Below are positions 1 to 10,900 of a stretch of DNA of 64,000 bases, one piece after another. The position numbers and the translations under genes are program-made. Location: positions 5,148,001 through 5,212,000 of the forward strand of contig CM075995.1 in assembly GCA_038087875.1 (NCBI GenBank). The letters run 5' to 3'. How positions within the stretch are numbered: the stretch's first letter is position 1; each line of letters opens with the position of its first letter. The stretch comes from Malacoraja senta. Its lineage: Eukaryota. The notes beneath the pieces were generated by a model that was not told the DNA's origin, did not search any database, and was given only the letters and a program-made list of their open reading frames with translations.

Positions 1-1333
1 TTGATCTGCCATGTCCTTGTTCCCCATGATCAATTCACCTGTTTCTGACTGCAAGGGACCTACATTTGTTTTAACTAATCTTTTTCTCTTCACATATCTA
101 TAAAAACTTTTGCAGTCAGATTTTATGTTCCCTGCCAGTTTTCTTTCATAATCTATTTTGTGTTGGTTGTAAAGGTACTAAGCAAAATATGAGGTGCTGT
201 TCCTCCAGTTTCCGTGCCGCCTCGCTTCCAGTGTCTTCCCCCCCCACCTCCACCAAAGTCACCCTACTGCAATCATTCTGAAGCAAGGGTCCTAACCCAA
301 AGCGTTGCTTATCCGTTTTCTCTAGAGATTCTGTCTGACCCGGTGACTTACTCCAGCATTTTGTGTCTATCTTTGATCAGATATGGCTTAGGATGTCCAG
401 TGCCACCTCAATTGTAATAGTGTCCTCAAGACATCTCCAATTATTGTCCCAAGTATCATATCTTTGTGGTAATAACAGGAGAGAGATTCATTGAGGGCCT
501 TGCCCATATCATTCAACTCCCAATGTAGATGATCACTTTGGTGTCTGAGGGGCTCCATTCCCTCTCTAGTTGCCCACTTTCCCTAAACATACTTAAAATC
601 TCTTTCCATTCTCATTAATCTTATCTGCTAGAGCTTTTTCGCCCTTCTGATTTCCTCCTTAAGCAAGCTCCTCCAGGGATGCAGTTGTTCCGATCTGCCT
701 ATACCTGACCAATGTCTCATTTTTCCTGGTGAGAGCCTCAATTTCCCTCAACATCTAGGATTCCTTAAACCCACCGACATTTCCTTTCACTCTAATAGGA
801 ACATTGCATCAATTCCACTCACCCGAAAATCCTTGGCACTGTGGCAGTCTCATGCAATCAAATCAAACACAAGTACAATAGATAGAGCAAACTGGAAGAG
901 AGCAGCACAAAGCAATTTGATGATATTGTGTTTGATATACCTGATCTGTTTGGATAACATGCAAAACCCATCTTATCACTGCACCTCAATTCATGTGAAA
1001 ATAATAAACCTAAATCTAAACTGGGACTGCCGTAGAGCAGAATATAGTTCCATAGACAAAGTCCAATGTTCACAATGGGGTAGGAGTGAATCCTACCCGG
1101 GAGGGCCGTTCAAATGCCTGATAACAGAGGGGAAGAAGCTGTTCCAGAGACTGGTGGTGCATGCTATCAACCTGCGGTGTGGGAGCAGGGAATGAAGGAA
1201 TGACCAGGATGGAGCAAGTCTTTGATTATATCGGCTGCTTTTCTGAGGCAGCGTGAGGTGTTGATGGAGTCAATGGGGTCTAGCCTCTGATGGACTGGTT
1301 GTTACAAAACTAAACTGTAATGCAACCCAATAG

Positions 1334-1545
1334 GTAGACACAAAATGCTGGAGTAACTCAGCTGGTGAGGCAGCATCTCTGGAGAGCAGGAATGGGTGAC
1401 GTTTCGGATCGAGACCCTTCTTCAGATTGGGTCTCGACCCGAAACGTCGCCCATTCCTTCTCTCCATAGATGCTGCCTCACCCGCTGAGTTACTCCAGCC
1501 TTTGTGTCTACCTTCGATTTAAACCAGCATCTGCATTTCTTTCTT
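1334..1545. mobile_element. Palindromic short non-autonomous element, Penelope pseudo-LTR-like
   Basis: Inverted arms; flanked by a 14-bp direct repeat atgcaacccaatag (1320-1333, 1546-1559). Confidence 0.75.
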
Positions 1546-3399
1546 ATGCAACCCAATAGTATGCTTTCTATGGTGCATTGCATGGTGCACTATTGGGAAA
1601 GTTAAAATCCCCCACTATGAGAACCCTATAAGTCTTGTGGCTGCCTGCAATCTCCTGTCATATTAGTTCTTCTAATTCCTGTTGCCTATTTGGGGGCCTA
1701 TATATATACATATATATATACATATACAAGGTGATCTTACTCTTTGTATTTCTCAGCTCTACTCCCTTCAGTAATGTCATCTCGGACTACTGCCCTGATA
1801 TTCTCCTTAACCTGATATTCTCCTCATCAAATACTAGTGCCACCTGCAATATTGTGATTATGATGCACATGTTATATTGCAATCGTGTGGGACATTGTAA
1901 TTTTTTACAGTATTGATCATGGTTGTGAGAAATTGTGTATATGTCAGTTGATGTAAAATTATAATTGGTGTTTCTCATGTTCCATTTGTAAATGAGAATG
2001 TACAACGGAGTTAATCACACCTTTTTAATAAAAAAATAGGATTCTAGTGAACCTCTGCATAGATTCACTGAGCAGCGGAGTGCAGAAGTTCATCAAACCC
2101 AGATGAATACTCTGCAGCATTCACCGCAATCATCAGAACCATACACAATGTCACCAGTGAAGTCTGCATTAACAGGGGTGCACGAGCCTTCATCTGTGAA
2201 AATATCCAGCACAGAATCCACAGGTACAAAATTTAATTCAAATAAATCACGTTTAACTGCATTGTTCCTTTTTTGTTTATCCTGTTTTTTTAATCCATTT
2301 ATCCAGTTTTGTCAAATCTCAACTGTTTCCACTGGTTCAAAGTGCTGGAGAAATCAGTAGGTCAGGTAGCATCTCTGGAGGACATGGATTAGCAAATTTT
2401 CAGGTCCTAACTCGAAACAATACCTGTCCATGTTCTCCTGAAATGCTGCCTGGCCTGCTGAGTTTCTCTGGCACTTTGTCTTTGTTTGTGAACCAGCATT
2501 TGCAGACCTTTGTTTCTACATGTTTACACTGGCTCTTTTGGCAGTTTACGTTAGTTTTGGCAGTGTATTGATCAAGCTATGTAAGTAACTCAATGAAAAG
2601 TTTCCTTTTGTATTAGTGAAGAAGGATCCTGACCAAAATGTCACCTATCCGTGTCCTCCAGAGATGCTGCCTGACCAGTTACTCCAGCACATTGATTTTT
2701 TTTTTGCATCTGCAGTTTCTTGTGTCTTTTGTATTGTTCTGTTTGTGACACTTGCACTTGCTGAATTTACATTTTTATTAAAACGTAAGGATGTTTATCT
2801 TGTCTTTACGCTTCAGCAGCTTAAACTTTAAAAAAAATCAAAAATGAGCCATGTCTTTTTGGTGTAAACATTTACAGCTTATTCAGCATTTATAACTTGG
2901 ATTCCTGGCCTTGACTTTTTTTTGCGCCATCTTCAATATTTTTATTTTTCCCAAAACCTGGTGACCCAAATTATATTTAAATACACTGTTTTCTCTTGGA
3001 CAAACCTAGAATCTTCCCATGAGATTTGTATTCTATTTCTTTAGATTTTCAGCTGAATCTCCTGTTTGCTTTCTTTATTATTGCCTAAATCTCCAGGGAG
3101 CATTTTATCGGGCAACCCATCTTTTGCTTCTAGTCATTATGAAGCTTGTTTCAAAGCATATTGTTTTTCAGTCTTTCTGATACTGGCTGTCTCAAGCTCA
3201 TAAGGATCACTTAACGTCCTGGCTGTTTTTGGCGAGATTTGTGCATTTAAGCTTAAATGGTGGTCTACAGACTTTGGTGTGATTAGGATGCATAATCGTG
3301 AACACTCCTTATTTTGTAAAGATGAAAACAAAATAGATTTTCTCTTGACATTTTTTGTTTTCGAAGAAACCATTGACAAGATCATATATTTTAAGATCG

Positions 3400-4540
3400 T
3401 TATGAATAGGGATAGATCTGAACCTGGGGAAGGTACTAAATTGGAGTAAGACAGATAACAACATTACCAGCAGGAACTAGGGAGAATAAATTTGATCAAA
3501 GTTCAAGACTGGCATGTTTCAGTGAGGGATAAGGATGGCAAGGTAAAGGAAGCTTAGACGACCAAAGAGGTTGTAAATTTGCCCAAAAAGTAAAAGTAAG
3601 TGTATAAGGTTTAAAAAGATGAAATCGGTCAGGCTTTTGAGGAATATAAAGCAAGTAGAAGATAACTCAAGCAGGCAATAAGAAGGGTCAAAGCCATGAA
3701 ATGGCTTTGGCGAGTCGTATTAATGAAAATGGCAAGGCTTTTATACGTTCATTGGGGGGGAAAAAGAGGGTAACTATGGAGAAGGTAGCACCACTCGATA
3801 AAGGGTGGAATTTGTGCTTGGAGTTGGTAGATGAAGGTCAGGTGCTCAATGAATATTTGGCATTTGTATTCCGCAAGGAGAAGGACATGGAGGACAGTGG
3901 GGAGAATACTAATATGCGAGGGCAGTTTTAAATCAAGAAAGTGGTGGTGTTGGGACTCATGAAGTACAGGACCTAATGGGATTTATCTCAGGCTATTAAG
4001 AGAGGCGGAGATTACCGAAGTCTTGATAAAAAAATCTTTACATCTTCTTTAGCCACAGGCGAGATCCCGGAGGAGTGGAGAGTGCCCAATGTTGTTTATT
4101 TGCTTAACAAGAGAAGTAGATAATCCAGTGAATTGTAGACCTCTGAGCCACGTGTCAGTGTTACGGAGCTACTGGAAAGGATTCTTCGGGATAGGATTTA
4201 CTCCTATTTGGGACAGTCAGCATGGCTTTGTACATGGCAGGTCGTGTCTTACCAACTGAGTATTTTGAGGAAGTGACGAAGGCGATAGATGAGGATAAGG
4301 CAGTGAATGTTATCTACAGGGATTTTGGTATTGAATTTGATGAAGTCACTCCTAGTAGGCAGATCCAGAACATTAAGCTGCATTGGACACAAAGTCAGTG
4401 GATAGACTCTTGATTAGTATGGGTGTCAGAGGTTTTGGGGAGGAGACCGGAGAATGGGGTTAGGAGGGAGATAGATCAGCCATGATTGAATGGCAGAGTA
4501 GACGATGGGCCGAATGGCCTAATTCTACTCCTATCACATG
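3400..4540 (+). mobile_element. Old CR1 fragments
   Basis: Decayed ORF2 peptides (QVLNEYLAFVF, FEEVTKAIDEDKAV) and a CR1 3' end at about 4400-4540. Confidence 0.75.
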
Positions 4541-4845
4541 ATCTGAAGAAGGATCTCGACCCGAAACGTTACCCATTCATTCTCTCCAGAGATGCTGCCT
4601 ATCCTGCCGAGTTACTCCAGCTTTTGGTGTCTATGTTTGGTTTAAATCAGCATCTGCAGTTCCTTCTTGCACACTTATGATCTTTTGATTGACTTGGTAA
4701 TATTCATTCAGAACTGGCCTACTAATAGAAGCCAGAGAGTTGTGGTGGAGCACTTTTGCTAATCAAAAATAGGGACTTTGAAAAGTAGAAAGATTGCTTG
4801 TGATTATGTCATTATTTGGATTTTAACACATGTTTTCACTCTTAG

Positions 4846-4983
4846 TTACTTCCAAAGAGCAACATGTATGGAATGTTACTAGTAATCCTGCCAAATTAAG
4901 CCCTTTCAAAAAGCTGTATGCTGCTTCTGAGCAGCTGGATGTCACTGGTGAAGGCGAAAAAGGGAATGCTGAAAGAAATAGTG
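4846..4983 (+). CDS. ANLN: Probable anillin exon (138 nt, phase 1-1), copy A of a duplicated exon
   Basis: cttag|TTACTTCC...AATAGTG|gtaaga; open frame [45 protein letters not shown]; phase matches the downstream exon at 17348. Confidence 0.65.
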
Positions 4984-7900
4984 GTAAGAAGCTATTTCTG
5001 TTCATGACAATATTTAGATCATCTTTGAAGTCATAATTCACCTACATTTTTAGATTTCAGTAGATTTTTTGAAATGTGAAGATTGCATCCAAAGCCAACA
5101 TCTAATGTCCATTTATAACTGCCACCTTTGAGTTGTTGAGGATCATCTGGCAAAGTTACTCGCACAGTTTGTTAAAGAGGACATTATAGAATTTAGATCC
5201 CGCAGCAATGATGGAATTATATATTTTCAAGTCAGAAGGTTAACAAAGGTCTGCAGCATAATATCAGGGTGTTTGGCCCAAATTGCCCATGACAAGCTAG
5301 TCCCATTTGCCTGGATTTGGCCCTTGTTTCTCTAAACCTTTTCTATCCATTTACCCGTCTAAATGTCATCTCAGCATTGTAATTGTACTTGTCTTTACAA
5401 ACCTCTGACCACCCATTCCATATATGCATTGTCCATTGTGTGAAAACATTGTCCCTCGTGTGGTCTTTTACTGTACCACCTAAACCTATGCCCTCTAGTT
5501 TTAGATTCTCCAAACCCTCGAGAAAGACTTGCCATCCACCTTATCTACGCCTATCATGGTTTCATACACCTCTAAGTTCACTCCTCAATTTCCTTCACTC
5601 CAGTACCAGCCACTCCTTGTAACTCAAGCTATCCGTTTTTTACGAATGCATTCAATATCAATTCCAATGTTATCAACAACTCTTGTTCAACTACCCTATT
5701 AGGCAAATCGATTGTAAGAATATTTTTTATGATCGCAGTTCACTCATTCACGGCTGGTGGACTCACAGTTCACTCACCCACGGCTGGTGGACTCGCAGTT
5801 CACTCACAGAGACTCATCCATCTCTCTCACACACACACACACACCCTCCATCTCACACACCCACACACCCTCCATCACACACGCACTCTCCCTCTCGCTC
5901 GCTCTCTCACTCGCCCCCACTCTCTCACTCGCCCACTCTCACTCTCACTCGCCCACTGTCTCTCTCACTCTCACTCGCCCTCACTCTCCTCGCCCTCACT
6001 CTCACTCGCCCCCGCCCCCTCTCTCTCTCTCACTCGCCCCCCTCTCTCTCTCTCGCCCCTCTCTCTCTCACTCGCCCCCTCTCTCTCACTCGAGCCCCCT
6101 CTCTCTCTCGCGCCCTCTCTCTCTCGCACCATCTCTATCTCTCTCGTGCCCTCTCTCTCTCGCGCGCCCTCTTTCTCTCTCTCGCGCGTCCTCTTTCTCG
6201 CTCTCTCTCGCTCCCACTCACTCGCCCTCCATCTCTCGCACACACACCCTCCATCTCTCTCACACACACCATCTCTCACACACCCTCTATCTCTCTCTCT
6301 ATCTGTCTCTCTCACACACACACACCCTCCTCTCTCTCTCACACACACACCCTCCTCTCTCTCACACACACACCCTCCATCTCACACACACACACCCTCC
6401 ATCTCTCACACACACACACCCTCTATCTCTCACACACACACTCTCTATCTCACACGCACACACACACACCCTCCATCTCTCACACACACACACCCTCCAT
6501 CTCACACACACACACCCTCCATCTCTCTCTCACACACACACCCTCCATCTCTCTCTCACACACACACACACCCTCCATCTCTCTCACTCACACACACACA
6601 CCCTCCATCTCACACACGCATCTGGGACATACGACAGTAAAACTCTCTTGATTATACTCACACCCGACTTCTGGACTGAGCGCGGCTTCGGATTCAGCCA
6701 AGGATTGTAAACTCGCAGTTCAGTCACTAGCGGCTTGTAGACTCACAGTTCTATCACTAACTGCTTGTAGACTCACAATTCACTCAGCCCGGCTTGTAGA
6801 CTCACGGTTCACTCACTCAGCACGGCTTGTAGACTCAGTTCTGGACTCAACTCTCACTCACGGCTTCCGGGCTGACTGACTCATGCACGGCCTCCGGGGC
6901 TTTATTCTCCTTGCCCGCTGAAGGGGCGTTACCTTCATGGTGACTGACAGGCGAGAAGACCAATCTGCTGATCTCACCATTTTTTTAAACCTTCATAAAT
7001 TTTCTATTATTTCACCGATTGGAACAAAACCTGGTGCACTTGGAGCAGAGGAGAATGTTGAGTAAGGTGGCGAAAAAATCCTAGCATTTTTGCGCAAATC
7101 TAATTATAACGCAGTAGTCAAGATGAGAGTTTTAGTAATAGTAGAGATTCCAAACTAAGATTTCGTTTCACTATTTGGATTTTAACACATTTGTTTTTTT
7201 TTTCAATCTTATAGTTACTTCCAAAGAGCTAAATGTGAGGAAGGTTGCTAATATTACTGCTAAATTTGGCCCCTTCAAAAGGGTGTCTGCTGTTCCTGAG
7301 CAGCTGGATGTCACGATATGTAAAGCAGAAAAGGGCAATGGTAGATGTACAGGTAAGAAGCCATTTGCTGTTCAAGCAATAGTTTGAAGATCTTTGAAGG
7401 TATAATTATTTTGGGGGAAACTTAATTCTACCTAAGCTCGTGAGCTGTTGGTGCTGGATTTTCCCACTTTTTTTTAGAAATGCAAAAAGTTGTATATTTT
7501 TTGCGATGTGAATGTTATCGGCAAAGTCGGCATCTAATCATCTAATGTCCATTTACAACTTGACCCATAAGCCACCTTTGTGAATTGTTGAGACCTTCAG
7601 CTGCAATGAAGGTTGTATGCCCATAAGAGTTATATATCACAGATATAGAGCCTATGGCCCAAATCACTCATGCCAACCAAGATTAGCTAGTCTCATTTGC
7701 CTGTAACTTGACCCGTGCATCTCTAAACGTTTCTCTCCATGTGCCTGTCCAAATGTCATTTAAACATTGTAATTCTACCTACGTTTACAATATCCTTTGG
7801 ACGCCCCTTGTGTGAAAACATTGCCCTTCGTGTGACTTTTAAATCTTTGCCCTCTAGTTTTAGACTCTCCTACCCTGGAGAAAAAGACTGTGACTACCTA

Positions 7901-10900
7901 AGATAGACACAAAATACTGGAGTAACTCAGCGGAACAGGCAGCATCTCTGGAGAGAAGGAATGGGTGACGTTTCGGGTCAAGGCCCTTCTTCAGACTACC
8001 TTATCTCGGCCCCTCTTGATTTTAACTACCTCAATTTGGTCACCACTTAACCTCCTTCACTCCAGTGGAAAAAGTGCCAGTCTTTCCTTATAACTAGCCC
8101 TCCATTTCTGATCACATTGTTGTGAATCTTTTCTGCATCCATTCCAGCTTAATGACATCCTTCAGCTGGACGACCAAAACTGCATGCAATATTTCAAGTG
8201 TGGTCTCAATGGTAACTTGTACAGTTGCATCATAACATCCCAAATCCTGTATTTGATGCCCTGATTGACGAAGCAAACATGCCAAACGCTTTCTTTGCTA
8301 TCCCGTCTATCTGTGTTGCTACTTTTGTGGATCTATGTACTTGTCCCCCTGGGTGTACAGCACTCTCCATGACAATAGACAATTGGAGTAGGCCCTTCGG
8401 CAAGCACCGCCATTCAATGTGATCATGGCTGATCATCCCCCAATCAGTACACCGTTCCTGTCTTCTCCCAATATTCCCTGACTTTAAGAGCCCTACCTAG
8501 CTCTCTTTTGAAAGTATCCAGAGAACCGGCCACCACCTCCCCCTGAGGCGGAGAATTCCACAGACTCACAACTCTCTGTGTGAAAAAAGTGTTTCCTTGT
8601 CTCTGTTCTAAATGGCTTACCCCTTATTCTTAACCTTGGCCCCTGGTTCTGGACTCCCCCAACATTGGGAACATGTTTCCTGCCTCTAGCGTGTCCAAGC
8701 CCTTATAATCTTATATGTTTCAATAAGATCCCCTCTCATCCTTTTAAACTCCAGAGTATACAAGCCCAGACGCTCCATTCTCTCAGCATATGACAGTCCC
8801 GCCATCCCGGGAATTAACCTTGTAAACCTACGCTGCTCCCTCAATAGGAAGAATGTCCTTCCTCAAATTAGGGGACCAAAACTGCACACAATACTCAAGG
8901 TGTGGTCTCACTAGGGCCCTATACTACTGCAGAAGGACCTCTTTGCTCCTGTACTCAACTCCTCTTGTTATGAATGCGAACATGCCATTCACTTTCTTCA
9001 CTGCCTGCTGTACCTGCACGCTTACTTTCATTGATGAACAAGGACCCCCAGATCCTGTTGTACTTCCCCTTTTCCCATCTTGATACCATTTAGATAATCT
9101 GCCTTCCTGTTTTTGCTACCAAATTGGATAACCTCACATTTATCCACATTAAACTGCATCTGCCCACTCACGCAACCTGTCCACGTCACCCTGCATTCTC
9201 ATAGCATCCTCCTCACAGTTCACATTGCCACCCAGCTTTATGTCATCTGCAAATTTGCTCATGTTACTTTGAATCCCTTCATCTAAATCATTGATGCATA
9301 TTGTAAATAGCTGCGATCCCAGCACTGAGCCTTGTGGTACCCCACTAGTTATTGCCTGCCATTCTGAAAGGGACCTGTTATTCCCTACTCTTTGTTTCCT
9401 GTCTGCCAACCAATTTTCTATCCATGTCAGCACTCTACCCCCAACACCATGTGCCATAATTTTGTCCCCTAATCTCCTATGTGGGACCTTATCAAATGCT
9501 TTCTGAAAGTCCAGGTACACTACATCCACTGGCTCTCCCTTGTCCATTTTCCTAGTTACATACTCAAAAAATTCCAGAAGATTAGACAAGCATGATTTCT
9601 CCTTTGTAAATCCTAGAGCCACTTCCTTAAGTACCCTGGTATGCAGACCATCAGGCCCTGGGGATTTATTAGCCTTCAGTCCCATCAGTCTACCCAACAC
9701 CATTTCCTGTCTAATGTGGATTTCCTTCAGTTCCTCCGTCACCCCAGATCCTCTAGCCATCAGGAAGATTGTTTGTGTCCTCCTTAGTGAAGACGGATCC
9801 AAAGTACCTGTTCAACTCATCTGCCTTTTCCTTGTTCCCCATAATAAATCCACTTTTTTTCAGTCTTCAAGGGTCCAACTTTGGTCTTAACTATTTTTTT
9901 CCACTTCACATACCTAAAGAAGCTTTTACAATCCTCCTTTATATTCTTGGCTAGCTTACCTTCGTAACTCATCTTTTCTCCCCGTATTGCCCTTTTAGTT
10001 ATCTTCTGTTGTTCTTTAAACATTAGCCAATCCTCTTGCTTTCCCGCTCATTTTTGCTACGTTGTACTTCTCTTTTATTTTTATACTGTCCCTGACGTCC
10101 CTTGTCAGCCACGGTCGCCCCTTACTCCCCTTGGAATCTTTCTTCCTCTTTGGAATGAACTGATCCTGCACCTTCTGTATTATTCCAAGAAATACCCATC
10201 ATTGTTGTTCCACTGTCATCCCTGCTAGGGTATCTTTCCAGTCAACTTTAGCCAGCTCCTCTCTCATGGCTCCATAGTCCCCTTTATTCAACTATAACAC
10301 CGACAACTCCGATTTACCCTTCTCCCTCTCCAATTGTAGATTAAACTTGACCATATTATGGTCACTACCTCATAATGGCCCCTTAACCTCAAGTTCCTTT
10401 ATCAAATCCAGCTCATTACATAACACTAAATCCAGAATTGCCTTCTCCCTGGTAGGCTCCAATACAAGCTGCTCTAAGAATCCATCACGGAGGCACTCCA
10501 CAAACTCCCTTTCTTGGGGTTCAATACCAACCTGATTTCCAGGTCTCCCTGCATGTTGAAATCTCCCGTAACAACCGTAGCATTACCGTTACTACATGCC
10601 AATTTTAACTCCTGATTCATCCTGACTACTGTTTGGGGGCCTGTAGGTAAGTCCCATAAGGGTCTTTTTACCCTTACAATTCCTTAGTTCTATCCATACT
10701 AACTCTACCATTTAGTGTAAATCCTGCCCTGATTTAATTTTCCAAAATGTAACACTTTGCATTTGTTGGAGTTAAATTCTGGTTGCTGTATTTTGGGGGC
10801 TTTTGGCCAAATTAATCTAGATTGTATTGTATTTTTCAATAATCCTCTACACTTATTCTTGCACTGCATCGCTTATTGTTGTGTAATCTGCAAATTTATG

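Noticed and set aside
5683..6710. Three ~300-aa ORFs rich in S/H/T/L/P
   Set aside because: They are stop-free translations of a CT/CA microsatellite in all three frames, not genes.
5735..6870. Regularly spaced ~27-bp repeats resembling a CRISPR array
   Set aside because: They are tandem degenerate units without unique spacers, in a eukaryotic intron with no cas genes.
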